This document shows positions 39,306 through 51,234 of a stretch of DNA of 64,000 bases, one piece after another; within the stretch, counting starts at the first letter, position 1; each line of letters begins with the position of its first letter. The position numbers and the translations under genes were made by a program. Source of the stretch: an uncultured Clostridium sp. GTDB taxonomy: Bacteria > Bacillota > Clostridia > TANB77 > CAG-508. Below the pieces are notes generated by a model that was not told the origin of the DNA, ran no database searches, and saw nothing but the letters and a program-made list of their open reading frames with translations. Location: contig CAOJHH010000001.1 in assembly GCA_948436025.1 (NCBI GenBank), positions 2,921 through 66,920 on the forward strand, given 5' to 3'.

Positions 39306-40368
39306 ATGTTTAAGCTAAAAGAAAAAATAAAGTCGATGAAATGTATGGAAGGAATACTTTTTTATAGGAGATATAAGATAGATAGTAATTTGAAAAAAAT
39401 ATTAAAGTCGTATGATAATCAAAATATAGTTTTATTTGAAGAAAGAAGAGGAGATTTAAATAAAGATAAAAGCATTTATCATATAAAAATAGATGATGCT
39501 AAATGGCGGTTTTTTTGCATGTTGGTGGTGGGGATTGCACGAATTATATTTTGCAGATAAATTTAATTTGATTCCTGTTATCGATTGGACAGATAAAAAT
39601 GCTTACTATGAAGAAAATGGTATAGAAGGAGTAAAAAATCCATTTGAATATTTTTTTGAGCAAGTTTCAAGTATTAGCATTGAAGATGTAAATAAGAGTA
39701 ATAAGGTTTATAATATCTTAAATGTAAGAACAAAAGAACGAAATACTTACCTTTTTAAGGAAAATATTTTAGAATTAGTGAAAATTAATAAGAAATATAT
39801 GAAATTAAAAGAAAATGTAAAAGAAAACATTTCGAAAGATATTAAGGAATTATTAAAAAATAAGAAAACTTTAGCAGTTCATGTAAGAGGCGTGGAATGG
39901 GGAAATGTAAAGGGACATCCAATTCCATTAACACTCGAGAAGTACACAGAGGAAATTGATAAAGCAATGGAAATAGGAAGATTTGAACAAATATTTCTTG
40001 CTACTGATAGTGATGATACGATAGAATACTTATCTAATAAATACAATGGAAAGATAGTATTTTATAGTGATATAGCTCGTGCTAGTAAAGGAAGTAAAAC
40101 TTTAGCCTTATTTGACACTACAATACAAAGAGAAAATAATCACTATTTATTAGGGATGGAAGTTTTACGTGATATGATGACCTTAGCTTTTTGTCAAGGG
40201 CTAATTGCAGGACTTTCAAATATAAGTATTGCAGCTGAAATTACGAAATTAAGCAATGATGAAGAATATGACTACAAATATATATTTGAACAAAAAATTA
40301 ATCAAAATGGGATATCTTCAAAGAAAGCTGTTGATAAAATGAAAAAAGGAAAATTTAATAGAGGATAG
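39306..40368 (+). CDS. fucosyltransferase-superfamily glycosyltransferase (GT11/GT23-like), interrupted by a frameshift at a T7 tract or preceded by an overlapping 84-aa leader ORF
   Basis: Downstream part carries N-terminal NGGFF, LAVHVRG, IFLATDSDD and C-terminal DMMTLAFCQGLIAGLSNIS motifs, which resemble fucosyltransferase motifs I-III. The upstream ORF 39306-39560 has a strong RBS. It overlaps by 68 nt across GGTTTTTTTGC (39513-39521). Confidence 0.5.
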
Positions 40369-40377
40369 GAGAAACAT

Positions 40378-41583
40378 ATGAAATATTTAATTTTGGGTGC
40401 AGGTCCTGCAGGGCTTACTTTTGCAAATAAATTAAAAGAAAAGGGAGAAAAAAACTTTTTAGTACTTGAAAAAGAAAATGAAGTAGGAGGGCTATGTCGT
40501 TCTACTGATGTAGATGGAGCGCCATTTGATATAGGAGGAGGACACTTTTTAGATGTTAGAAGACCGAAAGTTAATGAATTTCTTTTTCAGTTTATGCCAG
40601 AAAAGGAGTGGAATTTGTATGATAGAGATAGTAGAATAGAAGTAAATGGCAATGAAATTAGTCATCCAATTGAAGCAAATATTTGGCAGATGAAACTAGA
40701 AGACCAAGTAGAATATTTAAAATCAATTGCAGTAGCAGGATGTAATACGGGGATTGATATGCCAAAGAGATTTACAGATTGGATTTATTGGAAATTAGGA
40801 AATAAAATTGCTGAAGATTATATGATTCCGTATAATCAAAAAATGTTTAATAAAGAATTAGACCAATTAGGAACATATTGGTTAGAAAAATTACCCAATG
40901 TCAGTTTTGAAGAAACACTTCTTTCTTGCTTAACTAAAAAGGCATATGGAAAACAACCAGGACATGCTCAGTTCTATTATCCTAAAAAGTATGGATATGG
41001 AGAATTATGGCTACGTATGGCTAAAAATATAGAAAACAATATTAAATATAATAAAGACATAAAATCAATTGATTTTAATACTAAAACAGTAACAACTAAT
41101 GATAATAAAAAATTTAAGGCAGACATTATTATAACAACAATACCATGGTTAGAATTTATAAATATTGAGGGAATGCCAGAAGAAATAAAAGGCTCAATTA
41201 AAGAATTAAAATACAGTTCAATTCAAACTAAATACTATCCGAATAACATAGATACAAAGGCACATTGGATTTACTATCCTGATCCAAATTTGCCATATCA
41301 TAGAGTACTAGTAAGACATAACTTTTGTGATAATAGTAAGGGGTATTGGACGGAAACAAATTCTGAAAGAATAGGAATGGAAGAAGAAGATAGTTATTCG
41401 TACTTAAATAAATATGCTTATCCATTAAATACAATTAATAAACCTAAAATAATGAAAGAATTACTAGAGTGGTGTGAAACCAAAAAAGTATATGGACTAG
41501 GAAGATGGGGGGAACATCAGCATTATAATTCAGATGTAACTGTTGAACGAGCAATGCAATTGGCTGAAAGAATGACAAATTAA
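40378..41583 (+). CDS. Glf-like FAD-dependent nucleotide-sugar pyranose/furanose mutase family protein
   Basis: GAGPAGL Rossmann, EKENEVGG, IGGGHF. C-terminal YGLGRWGEHQHYNSD resembles the UDP-galactopyranose mutase C-terminus. Confidence 0.5.
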   Translation: MKYLILGAGPAGLTFANKLKEKGEKNFLVLEKENEVGGLCRSTDVDGAPFDIGGGHFLDVRRPKVNEFLFQFMPEKEWNLYDRDSRIEVNGNEISHPIEANIWQMKLEDQVEYLKSIAVAGCNTGIDMPKRFTDWIYWKLGNKIAEDYMIPYNQKMFNKELDQLGTYWLEKLPNVSFEETLLSCLTKKAYGKQPGHAQFYYPKKYGYGELWLRMAKNIENNIKYNKDIKSIDFNTKTVTTNDNKKFKADIIITTIPWLEFINIEGMPEEIKGSIKELKYSSIQTKYYPNNIDTKAHWIYYPDPNLPYHRVLVRHNFCDNSKGYWTETNSERIGMEEEDSYSYLNKYAYPLNTINKPKIMKELLEWCETKKVYGLGRWGEHQHYNSDVTVERAMQLAERMTN

Positions 41584-41605
41584 AAAAATATTGAAAGGAA
41601 GCAAA

Positions 41606-43072
41606 ATGGAAAAAACAAAATCATTAAAACTAAATATGGTTTTAAATGCTATTAAAGGATTACTGTCTATAGTATTTCCATTACTTTCATTTCCGTACGT
41701 TTCAAAAATACTAGGAGTTGAAGCTTTAGGAAAATATAACTTTGCATATTCAGTAATAACATATTTTATATTATTAGCAGGACTTGGAATTAATACGTAT
41801 GCTGTTAGAGAAGGTGCTAGATATAGGGATGATAAAGATAAACTAAATAAATTAGCTAATCAAATATTTAGTATAAATATGATTGCCACAATAATTTCAT
41901 ACATATTATTGTTTACCCTAATGCTAATTGTACCTAAATTTCATGAATATGCAATACTATTAATAATATTGTCTTTTCAAATAGTGTTTGGAACAATAGG
42001 GATTGAATGGCTATATACAATATATGAAAATTATATGTATATAACTATTAGAAGTATAGTATTTCAAGTAATATCTCTACTAGCATTATTTATATTTGTA
42101 AAAACTGAGAAAGATATAAATATGTATGCGTTAATTACAGTACTTGCAAGTGTTGGCTCAAATATATTAAATTATATACATTCAAGGCACTACTGTAAAG
42201 TAAAATTTACTCATAATTTGGAATTATCAAAACATATAAAACCGATATTAATATTATTTGCAATGAATGTAACAGTTTCGATATATGTTAGTTCTGATAC
42301 AACAATTTTAGGTTTTTTATCAGGAGAATATGCAGTAGGTATTTATGCAGTTTCAACGAAAATATATACAATAATAAAGAGAGTCTTACAATCTGTTTTG
42401 GCAGTTTCGATTCCTAGACTAGTATCATTTTTGGGAAAAAATAATATGGAACAATTTACTAAATTGGCAAGTGAAATATATAAAACTCTATTTACCATAG
42501 TATTACCAGCTATGATAGGAATCATAGTGTTAAGTAAAGAAATAATATTAATTGTTTCAGATGAAACTTATATTGAAGCAACAGCGTCATTAATATTATT
42601 AAGTATATCGTTAATTTTTGTGTTTGCAGCATACTTTTGGAGTCAATGTGTTTTAATTCCATTCAAAAAAGATAAAATTGTGTTAAAGGCTACCATTGTA
42701 AGTGCTATTGTAAATATTGTTCTGAACCTTATCATGATTCCAATATGGCATCAAAATGCAGCTGCTGTAACAACAATAATTGCTGAAGCTATAGTATTTA
42801 TATGGTGTATGTTTAAAGCAAGAAAAATAGTTAAAGTGGAAGGTGTTTTTAAATTAATATTAAAAGTATTAGTAGGATGTTTAGGAATAGTGGCAACAGT
42901 ATTTTCTTTAAAACTGTTCATTAGAAATGTCACTATTTATACAATAATTTCAGTAGTTACATCTGTAATAGTATATGGAATTATAGAAATTTTGTTAAAG
43001 AATGAGGTTGTGTTTTCTATAAAAGAAAAGCTAAAAAATAAAATAGTAAAAATTGAACAAAAGACGGTTTAA
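41606..43072 (+). CDS. Wzx-type polysaccharide flippase (MOP superfamily)
   Basis: About 12-14 TM helices and typical Wzx topology. Start at ATG 41606 after GAAAGGAAG RBS. Confidence 0.7.
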   Translation: MEKTKSLKLNMVLNAIKGLLSIVFPLLSFPYVSKILGVEALGKYNFAYSVITYFILLAGLGINTYAVREGARYRDDKDKLNKLANQIFSINMIATIISYILLFTLMLIVPKFHEYAILLIILSFQIVFGTIGIEWLYTIYENYMYITIRSIVFQVISLLALFIFVKTEKDINMYALITVLASVGSNILNYIHSRHYCKVKFTHNLELSKHIKPILILFAMNVTVSIYVSSDTTILGFLSGEYAVGIYAVSTKIYTIIKRVLQSVLAVSIPRLVSFLGKNNMEQFTKLASEIYKTLFTIVLPAMIGIIVLSKEIILIVSDETYIEATASLILLSISLIFVFAAYFWSQCVLIPFKKDKIVLKATIVSAIVNIVLNLIMIPIWHQNAAAVTTIIAEAIVFIWCMFKARKIVKVEGVFKLILKVLVGCLGIVATVFSLKLFIRNVTIYTIISVVTSVIVYGIIEILLKNEVVFSIKEKLKNKIVKIEQKTV

Positions 43073-43174
43073 TATGAATATATTGGGTTACAGATTTGAC
43101 ATATGATGTAATAGTTTATATAATTAGAGCATATTAAAATGCAATAAATTAAATAAGAGTTAGGAGAGATAAAA

Positions 43175-44218
43175 ATGAAAAAAGCATTAATTACAGGAAT
43201 TACAGGACAGGATGGGTCATACTTAGCAGAATTTTTATTAGAAAAAGGGTATGAGGTACACGGAATAGTACGTCGTGTATCAATATCAAATACAGGAAGG
43301 ATAGACCACTTAATAAGAAAAAATTTAATAACACTACACGATGGAGATTTATCCGATTCATCAAGTATTATAAAAATAGTAAAGGAAGTAGAACCAGATG
43401 AAATCTACAATTTAGCAGCACAAAGCCATGTAGGGACAAGCTTTGATGCAGCAGAATATACAGGAGATATTGATGCATTAGGCGTTTTAAGAATATTAGA
43501 AGCCGTTCATATTTTAAAGCTAGATCAGAAATGTCGTATCTATCAAGCATCAACTTCTGAACTATATGGAAAAGTGGAGGCTTGTCCACAAAGTGAAACA
43601 ACACCGTTTCATCCATATAGTCCATATGCTGTTGCAAAACAATATGGTTTTTGGATTACGAAGGAATATCGTGAAGCATATAATATGTTTGCTTGTAATG
43701 GAATTTTATTTAACCATGAATCAGAACGTCGTGGAGAAAATTTTGTTACTCGAAAAATAACCTTAGCGGCAGGAAGAATAGCAGAAGGATTACAAGAATA
43801 TTTAGAATTAGGAAATTTAGATTCTCTAAGAGATTGGGGTTATGCAAAAGACTATGTTGAGTGTATGTGGTTAATATTACAACACGATACACCAGAAGAT
43901 TTTGTAATTGCAACTGGGGTACAACATACTGTTCGTGATTTTACCGAAAGAGTATTTAAAGAAAACGGAATTATCATTCGTTGGGAAGGACAAGGGTTAG
44001 AGGAAAAAGGATATGATGCTAAAACTGGTAAAATGCTAGTTTGTGTTAATCCAAAATGGTTTAGACCAACCGATGTTGTAAATTTATTAGGGGATCCAAC
44101 AAAAGCAAAAACAGTATTAGGATGGAATCCTCAAAAAACAAGTTATGAAGAATTAATTCATATCATGGCAACAAATGACCGTGAGCTTGCCAAACGTGAA
44201 GCAATGTTTCAAAAATAA
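43175..44218 (+). CDS. gmd: GDP-mannose 4,6-dehydratase
   Basis: [28 protein letters not shown], YxxxK. Length 347 aa. Confidence 0.9.
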   Translation: MKKALITGITGQDGSYLAEFLLEKGYEVHGIVRRVSISNTGRIDHLIRKNLITLHDGDLSDSSSIIKIVKEVEPDEIYNLAAQSHVGTSFDAAEYTGDIDALGVLRILEAVHILKLDQKCRIYQASTSELYGKVEACPQSETTPFHPYSPYAVAKQYGFWITKEYREAYNMFACNGILFNHESERRGENFVTRKITLAAGRIAEGLQEYLELGNLDSLRDWGYAKDYVECMWLILQHDTPEDFVIATGVQHTVRDFTERVFKENGIIIRWEGQGLEEKGYDAKTGKMLVCVNPKWFRPTDVVNLLGDPTKAKTVLGWNPQKTSYEELIHIMATNDRELAKREAMFQK

Positions 44219-44244
44219 CTAGAAACAAGGAAGGAAGGGGAAAG

Positions 44245-45186
44245 ATGGAGAAAAATTCAAAAATATATGTAGCAGGACATAGAGGTATGGTAGGGTCTGC
44301 AATTATAAGAGAATTAAATAGACAAGGATATACGAATATTATTACACGTACACATATTGAATTAGATTTACGTCGCCAAGAAGCGGTGGAAAAATTTTTT
44401 GAGGAAGAAAAACCAGAATATGTTTTCTTGGCAGCTGCAAAAGTTGGTGGAATTGTTGCAAACCAAGAAGCATTAGCAGATTTTATGTATGATAATATGA
44501 TATTAGAAATGAATGTAATTCATTCTGCTTGGAAGAATGGGTGTAAGAAATTAGAATTTTTAGGTTCTTCTTGTATTTATCCTAAAATGGCACCACAACC
44601 AATGAAAGAAACTTGTTTACTTACAAGTGAATTAGAAAAAACAAATGAAGCCTATGCCTTGGCTAAAATTTCAGGGTTAAAATATTGTGAATATTTGAAT
44701 AGACAATATGGAACAGATTATATTAGTCTTATGCCAACAAACCTTTACGGACCAAACGACAACTATCATCCAACCCATAGCCATGTGTTACCAGCATTAA
44801 TTCGTCGCTTTCACGAAGCGAAAGAAAATAATCTTCCATCTGTAACTTGTTGGGGAGATGGTACACCATTAAGAGAATTCTTATATGTAGATGATTTAGC
44901 TAATTTATGTGTATTTTTAATGAACCATTATAGTGGAAACGAAACAGTAAATGCAGGAACAGGAAAAGAAATTACAATAAAAGCATTAACAGAGTTAGTA
45001 GCAAAAGTAATTGGATATAATGGTGAAATTTTATGGGATACAAGTAAGCCAAATGGAACACCAAGAAAGTTACTAGATGTGACAAAAGCAACAAATTTAG
45101 GTTGGACCTATAAAACAGAATTAGAAGATGGAATTAAACTAGCATATGAAGATTTTTTGAATAATCCAATGCGTGCGGAAAGATAA
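44245..45186 (+). CDS. fcl: GDP-L-fucose synthase
   Basis: KIYVAGHRGMVGSAI N-terminus, SDR fold. Confidence 0.88.
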   Translation: MEKNSKIYVAGHRGMVGSAIIRELNRQGYTNIITRTHIELDLRRQEAVEKFFEEEKPEYVFLAAAKVGGIVANQEALADFMYDNMILEMNVIHSAWKNGCKKLEFLGSSCIYPKMAPQPMKETCLLTSELEKTNEAYALAKISGLKYCEYLNRQYGTDYISLMPTNLYGPNDNYHPTHSHVLPALIRRFHEAKENNLPSVTCWGDGTPLREFLYVDDLANLCVFLMNHYSGNETVNAGTGKEITIKALTELVAKVIGYNGEILWDTSKPNGTPRKLLDVTKATNLGWTYKTELEDGIKLAYEDFLNNPMRAER

Positions 45187-45205
45187 GTAGAAAGAAGGAA
45201 ATGTT

Positions 45206-46534
45206 GTGAATGTTATTTTATTATCAGGTGGTTCAGGAAAGCGATTGTGGCCATTATCCAATGACATACGATCAAAGCAGTTTATAAAGATATTTAGAAA
45301 TGAGCAAGGCGAGTACGAATCTATGCTACAACGTATGTACAAAAATATAAAAAAGATTAATAATCAATCAATTATCACAGTAGCAACATCAAAATCACAA
45401 GTTTCAACCATTCATAATCAAATAGGAAATGAGGTTGGAATTTCAATTGAACCATGTCGAAAAGACACATTCCCAGCAATAGCATTAGCAACAGCCTATT
45501 TACATGATGTAAAAAAAGTAGATTTAGATGAAACAGTAGTGGTTTGTCCAGTAGATCCTTATGTTGAACATGAATATTTTGAAGCTTTAGAAAAGTTAAG
45601 CAAATTAGCTAAATGCAAAGAATATAGTTTATCACTAATGGGAATAAATCCTACATATCCAAGTGAAAAATATGGATACATTATCCCAGAGAATACAGAA
45701 GAAATAAGCAAAGTAAAAATGTTTAAAGAGAAACCAAATGTAGAATTAGCTAAAAACTATATTAAGCAAGGAGCTCTTTGGAATGGTGGGATTTTTGCAT
45801 ATAAACTAGGTTATGTCTTAAATATTGCACATCAGTTAATTGATTTTAAAGATTATGATGATTTATATAGTAAATATGAAACATTAAAGAAAATAAGCTT
45901 TGATTATGCTGTTGTCGAAAAAGAAGAAAAAATCCAAGTTATGCGATTTAATGGACAATGGAAAGATTTAGGAACATGGAATACCTTAACAGAAGCTATG
46001 GATGAAGAAATCATTGGTAAAGGTATTAAAAACGAACAGTGTAAAAATATACATATTATTAACGAGTTGAATGTTCCCATTTTATGTATGGGATTAAAGG
46101 ATGCAGTAGTAGCAGCAAGTGCAGAAGGAATATTAGTGTCAGATAAGGAACAATCTAGCTATATAAAACCATATGTAGAGAAGATTAACCAACAAGTTAT
46201 GTTTTCGGAAAAATCTTGGGGAAGTTATCGTGTAATTGATATTCAAGAAGAGAGTTTGACCATACTTGTTACATTAAATTCAGGAAGTTGTATGAAATAT
46301 CATAGTCACGATTTTAGAGATGAGGTTTGGACTGTTATATCAGGAACAGGAAAAACGATTGTAGATGGAATAAAAAAAACAGTAAAAGCAGGAGATATTA
46401 TTACAATGAAGGCAGGTTGTAAACATACAATTATTGCTGAAACAGAATTAAAAGTAATTGAAGTGCAGTTAGGCAAGGAAATAAATGTAAATGATAAGCA
46501 CAAATTTGAATTTGAAGAACAAGGTACGAAATAG
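45206..46534 (+). CDS. manC: mannose-1-phosphate guanylyltransferase with C-terminal cupin
   Basis: GTG start. [14 protein letters not shown]-terminus and a C-terminal cupin domain. Confidence 0.82.
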   Translation: MNVILLSGGSGKRLWPLSNDIRSKQFIKIFRNEQGEYESMLQRMYKNIKKINNQSIITVATSKSQVSTIHNQIGNEVGISIEPCRKDTFPAIALATAYLHDVKKVDLDETVVVCPVDPYVEHEYFEALEKLSKLAKCKEYSLSLMGINPTYPSEKYGYIIPENTEEISKVKMFKEKPNVELAKNYIKQGALWNGGIFAYKLGYVLNIAHQLIDFKDYDDLYSKYETLKKISFDYAVVEKEEKIQVMRFNGQWKDLGTWNTLTEAMDEEIIGKGIKNEQCKNIHIINELNVPILCMGLKDAVVAASAEGILVSDKEQSSYIKPYVEKINQQVMFSEKSWGSYRVIDIQEESLTILVTLNSGSCMKYHSHDFRDEVWTVISGTGKTIVDGIKKTVKAGDIITMKAGCKHTIIAETELKVIEVQLGKEINVNDKHKFEFEEQGTK

Positions 46535-46566
46535 ATAATACAATAATTGAGGAAGAAGGAAAAAAT

Positions 46567-47736
46567 ATGAAAATAGCAGTAGCAGGAACAGGCTATGTAG
46601 GATTATCAATTGCAACATTATTAAGTCAACGCAATGAAGTTGTTGCATTAGATATCATTCCAGAAAAAGTGCAAATGATTAATAATCATATTTCACCAAT
46701 AAGAGATAAAGAAATAGAAGATTTCCTAAGAAATAAAAAGTTAAATTTAAGGGCAACGACAGATTATAAAGAAGCATTTGAAGATGCAGAATATATTGTT
46801 ATAAGTACACCAACAAATTATGATGATCAACAAAATTATTTTGATACGTCTAGTGTTGAAGACATTATAAAGAAAGTAATTAGCATGAACATAAATACAA
46901 CAATGGTTGTAAAATCAACAATACCAGTTGGTTTTATTAAAAACGTAAAAGAAAAATATAAGATAGATAATATCATGTTTTCTCCAGAATTTTTAAGAGA
47001 AGGACAAGCATTATATGATAATCTATATCCATCAAGAATTATAGTAGGAGAAAAAAGTAAAAGAGCCGAAAAATTTGCAAATTTACTAAAAGAAGGAGCT
47101 TTGAAAAAGGACATTACAATTAAATACATGGACAGCACAGAAGCAGAAGCAGTGAAATTATTTGCAAATACATATTTAGCACTAAGAGTTTCTTATTTTA
47201 ATGAACTAGATACATATGCAGAAATTAATAATTTAAATGCGAGAGATATCATTGAAGGAGTAGGATTAGATCCAAGAATTGGTACACACTATAATAATCC
47301 ATCTTTTGGATATGGTGGATATTGCTTACCAAAGGATACAAAACAATTATTAGCGAATTATAAAGATGTTCCACAGAATTTGATTGAAGCAATTGTAAAA
47401 GCAAATCAAACACGTAAAGATTTTATTACAGCAGAAGTTTTAAGGGATAATCCTGAAGTTATTGGAATATATCGATTAACAATGAAAGCAGGTTCTGATA
47501 ATTTTAGATCAAGTGCAATCCAAGATATTATTAACAATTTAAAAGAACAGAACAAGAAAATTATTATCTATGAACCAACATTGAAAGAAGATAGTTTTAA
47601 TGAGTGTGAGATTGAAAAAGATTTAGAAAAATTTAAAGCGAATACGTCAATTATAATGGCAAATAGATTGGAAAAGGAATTAGAAGATGTAAAAGAAAAA
47701 GTATATACAAGAGATATATATAGTAAAGATTCATAA
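46567..47736 (+). CDS. ugd: UDP-glucose 6-dehydrogenase
   Basis: [14 protein letters not shown] and catalytic GGYCLPKD. Confidence 0.88.
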   Translation: MKIAVAGTGYVGLSIATLLSQRNEVVALDIIPEKVQMINNHISPIRDKEIEDFLRNKKLNLRATTDYKEAFEDAEYIVISTPTNYDDQQNYFDTSSVEDIIKKVISMNINTTMVVKSTIPVGFIKNVKEKYKIDNIMFSPEFLREGQALYDNLYPSRIIVGEKSKRAEKFANLLKEGALKKDITIKYMDSTEAEAVKLFANTYLALRVSYFNELDTYAEINNLNARDIIEGVGLDPRIGTHYNNPSFGYGGYCLPKDTKQLLANYKDVPQNLIEAIVKANQTRKDFITAEVLRDNPEVIGIYRLTMKAGSDNFRSSAIQDIINNLKEQNKKIIIYEPTLKEDSFNECEIEKDLEKFKANTSIIMANRLEKELEDVKEKVYTRDIYSKDS

Positions 47737-47745
47737 AGATAGAAG

Positions 47746-48285
47746 GTGGAAAATTTGAAAAAAGCAATTTTGTCTATAATAATACTAATTTTCGCTATTC
47801 TATGGGCAGTAGGAATATACAAGCTATCCAGTATGAACACACAAAACTCCAATGGAAAAAGCACAGATATCATTGCAATCTTTATTGAAGATACGCTAGA
47901 GGTAACAAATGAATATGGAATAACCAATTCTCATCCAACCAATTCAAAACTGGCACGTGTATCGCAATTAATTAATGCACCAATGAGAAAAGTAATGCAT
48001 GCATCAGTATATTTAGTATTAGCATTTCTTGCAATTGTTTTCTTTAATGTTTTAATGAATAATAAACATTATTGGATTGCATTAATCTTAACATTAATAA
48101 TAAGTATCGGTTTTGCAGTATCAGATGAAATTCATCAAACATATGTAAGTGGAAGAACAGGGCAATTTTTGGATGTAGTGATTGATTCGATTGGGGCACT
48201 AGTGGGAATTTTTATTTACACAACATATTATATTGTTTACAAAAATGGATATAAAAAGGGAATTACAGAAAGAAACGAAGAATAG
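47746..48285 (+). CDS. VanZ-like family membrane protein (second copy)
   Basis: TM segments and SDEIHQ motif. Homologous to 31292-31786. Confidence 0.65.
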   Translation: MENLKKAILSIIILIFAILWAVGIYKLSSMNTQNSNGKSTDIIAIFIEDTLEVTNEYGITNSHPTNSKLARVSQLINAPMRKVMHASVYLVLAFLAIVFFNVLMNNKHYWIALILTLIISIGFAVSDEIHQTYVSGRTGQFLDVVIDSIGALVGIFIYTTYYIVYKNGYKKGITERNEE

Positions 48286-48371
48286 TATGAAATACACCCC
48301 CTAAAGTAGACACAAAATAGAAAGCAGTGTATACTTTAAGGGGTATTTTAGAAAAAGGAGATTGATAACTA

Positions 48372-49220
48372 ATGAAAATTTTAATCACAGGAGCAAATGG
48401 AATGCTTGCAAAAGCAGTTCAAAATGAGTTAAAAAACGAAGAATTAATTCTAACCGATGTAGCCGAGTTGGATATTACAAATATCGATATGGTAAGAAAG
48501 TTCGTAGAAGAAAACAAACCACAGTACATTATAAATTGTGCAGGTTATACTGCAGTTGATAAAGCAGAGAAACAAGAAGAAATAGCTAGAAAAGTAAATG
48601 CTTTAGGACCAAAGAATTTAGCTATTGTAGCAAACGAGGAAAATGTTACATTAATTCATATTAGTACAGATTATGTCTTTAGTGGAACAAAGGCAATTGA
48701 AGAACCGTATACCGAAATGGATGAAAAAGCACCAGAGTCTGTATATGGTACCACAAAGCTAGAGGGAGAAAATGCGATTGTGGATAGTTGTTTCCAATAC
48801 TACATATTCCGTACTGCATGGCTATACGGAGATGGAAATAACTTCGTAAGAACCATGCTAAAACTAGGCAAGGAAAAAGAACAAATTAATGTTGTATCTG
48901 ACCAACATGGAAGCCCAACCTATGCTGTTGACCTTGCAAGTATTATTCGTCAAGCAATAGCTAAACAAATCCCATATGGTATATACCATGCCACAAATTT
49001 AGGCTATACCACATGGTACGAATTCACCAAGCAAATATTTGAAAAGGCAAATATTTCTTGTAAAGTAAATCCAGTAACTTCGGAAGAATTTGCAAGTGCT
49101 GCAAAACGTCCTAAAAATTCAAAATTATCGAAAGACAAGTTGTTAAAGGAAGGAATTGAAATACCAACTTATGAAGATGCATTGAACCGATATTTGAAAA
49201 TAGAATTGAATAAGGAATAA
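48372..49220 (+). CDS. rfbD: dTDP-4-dehydrorhamnose reductase
   Basis: MKILITGANGMLA, YxxxK. Length 282 aa. Confidence 0.85.
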   Translation: MKILITGANGMLAKAVQNELKNEELILTDVAELDITNIDMVRKFVEENKPQYIINCAGYTAVDKAEKQEEIARKVNALGPKNLAIVANEENVTLIHISTDYVFSGTKAIEEPYTEMDEKAPESVYGTTKLEGENAIVDSCFQYYIFRTAWLYGDGNNFVRTMLKLGKEKEQINVVSDQHGSPTYAVDLASIIRQAIAKQIPYGIYHATNLGYTTWYEFTKQIFEKANISCKVNPVTSEEFASAAKRPKNSKLSKDKLLKEGIEIPTYEDALNRYLKIELNKE

Positions 49221-49222
49221 AT

Positions 49223-50332
49223 ATGGAAAAGAAAAAAGTACGTAACTCAAATTTGGAATTATTAAGAATTGTAAGTATGATTTTAATTATTATGCACCAT
49301 TATGTTGTGCATGGGCAATTCGTATGGGAAATGACAACGGTTAATAAAATAATGTTAGATATACTATCATTGGGTGGTAAGTTAGGTGTTAATTGTTTTG
49401 TATTAATTACAGGATACTTTATGGTTCAGTCGAAAATGAACATAAAGAAATTGATAAAAATTATTCTAGAAATTGTATTTTATTCAACATCGATATACAT
49501 TATTTTTACTTGCTTTAATATAATACCATTTACATTTAGCGGAATAATAAATTCAATATTTGCAATTACACAAAACGCATATTGGTTTGGAACAACATAT
49601 GTTATATTATATGTATTAATACCATTCATAAACCAATCAATAAGCAGTTTTAATGAAAAGCAACATCGATATTTATGTTTTACATTAGTAGTAATATTTT
49701 CAATTATACCAACAATTACAACTCGCAATTTTGAATTTTCGCATGTAATTTGGTTTGTTACTTTGTACTATATAGCAGGCTACATACGAAAATACCCTAA
49801 TAAATACACAGAAATAATGGCAAAGAATGTGAAATATAGTGGAATGATAATTCTTTTTATGATAATTACGACAATAGGGTTTAATTTGCTAACAGCAGTT
49901 AACCCAGATGCAAAGTATTATATAACATACTTTGGAATTGTAAATAGTCTGCCATTATTAATATTATCCATAACATTATTTATCGTATTTAAAAATATGA
50001 AGTTAAAGCAAAGTAAAGTGCTTAATTTAATAGCAAGTTCTACATTTGGAGTTTATTTAATACATGATAATCTCTATATGAGGGATTTTCTATGGGTAAA
50101 AGTATTAAAGAATAATACATATGCTACATCACCATATTTGATGATTCATTTTGTGTTTAGTGTAATTGCTTTATTTGTTGTATGTACGATTATTGACCAA
50201 ATTCGTATGCGAATAATTGAAAAAAGAGTAGTTGATAAATTGATAGACAAACTATATAATATTTATAATAAACAGAAATTGAAAAAACAAAATAATACGA
50301 TAAAAGTAGAAAAAGTATTAGAATTAAAATAG
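49223..50332 (+). CDS. acyltransferase family 3 membrane O-acyltransferase
   Basis: N-terminal NSNLELLRIVSMILIIMHH signature and about 10 TM segments. Confidence 0.75.
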   Translation: MEKKKVRNSNLELLRIVSMILIIMHHYVVHGQFVWEMTTVNKIMLDILSLGGKLGVNCFVLITGYFMVQSKMNIKKLIKIILEIVFYSTSIYIIFTCFNIIPFTFSGIINSIFAITQNAYWFGTTYVILYVLIPFINQSISSFNEKQHRYLCFTLVVIFSIIPTITTRNFEFSHVIWFVTLYYIAGYIRKYPNKYTEIMAKNVKYSGMIILFMIITTIGFNLLTAVNPDAKYYITYFGIVNSLPLLILSITLFIVFKNMKLKQSKVLNLIASSTFGVYLIHDNLYMRDFLWVKVLKNNTYATSPYLMIHFVFSVIALFVVCTIIDQIRMRIIEKRVVDKLIDKLYNIYNKQKLKKQNNTIKVEKVLELK

Positions 50333-50342
50333 GAGAATAACA

Positions 50343-51233
50343 ATGAAAAATCGTAAAGGAATTATTTTAGCAGGTGGAAGTGCAACAAGGTTATATCCAC
50401 TTACTCTTGCCATATCAAAACAAATCATGCCAGTGTACGACAAACCAATGATTTACTACCCATTATCTGTCTTAATGGAAGCCAATATTCGTGAAGTGCT
50501 TATTATTTCTACCCCAAGAGATATTGTAACGTTTCAAGAGCTTCTTGGTGATGGCTCCAAATGGGGCATGCAGTTTTCGTATAAGGTGCAAGAAAAGCCA
50601 AGAGGGCTTGCAGAGGCTTTTATTTTGGCAGAGGAGTTTATTGGAGAAGATAATGTTGCTATGATTTTAGGGGACAATATGTTCTATGGACATAACTTAT
50701 GCAAATTACTAAAACGTGCCAATGAGCGAGACGAAGAAGCAACCATATTTGGCTATTACGTAAAAGACCCATCTGCCTATGGGGTGGTGGAGATTAACCA
50801 AGATGGACATGCGGTTTCGATTGAAGAAAAGCCAGAAATTCCAAAATCGCATTACGCAGTACCGGGGCTATATTTCTACACAAATGATGTAGTAAACATT
50901 GCTAAAAATGTAAAACCATCGGCAAGAGGGGAGTTGGAAATCACTTCGATTAACGAAGAATACATGAAACAAGGAAAGCTAAAAGTAGAAAAGCTAGGTC
51001 GTGCAATGACATGGTTCGATACTGGTACACATGATTCCTTATTAGAAACAGCAAGTTTTGTACAAACCATTGAAAAAAGACAGGGGATGCAAATTTGTTG
51101 CCCAGAGGAAATTGCCTTTCGTAAGGAATGGATTACGCCAGAGCAGTTATCTTTATTAGCCGAAAAATTCATGAAAACAGAATATGGAAAATTTTTAAAA
51201 GATTTAGCAGAAAACAAAATAGGAGAAGAGTAA
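50343..51233 (+). CDS. rfbA: glucose-1-phosphate thymidylyltransferase
   Basis: KGIILAGGSATRLYPLT. Confidence 0.9.
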   Translation: MKNRKGIILAGGSATRLYPLTLAISKQIMPVYDKPMIYYPLSVLMEANIREVLIISTPRDIVTFQELLGDGSKWGMQFSYKVQEKPRGLAEAFILAEEFIGEDNVAMILGDNMFYGHNLCKLLKRANERDEEATIFGYYVKDPSAYGVVEINQDGHAVSIEEKPEIPKSHYAVPGLYFYTNDVVNIAKNVKPSARGELEITSINEEYMKQGKLKVEKLGRAMTWFDTGTHDSLLETASFVQTIEKRQGMQICCPEEIAFRKEWITPEQLSLLAEKFMKTEYGKFLKDLAENKIGEE

Positions 51234-51234
51234 A

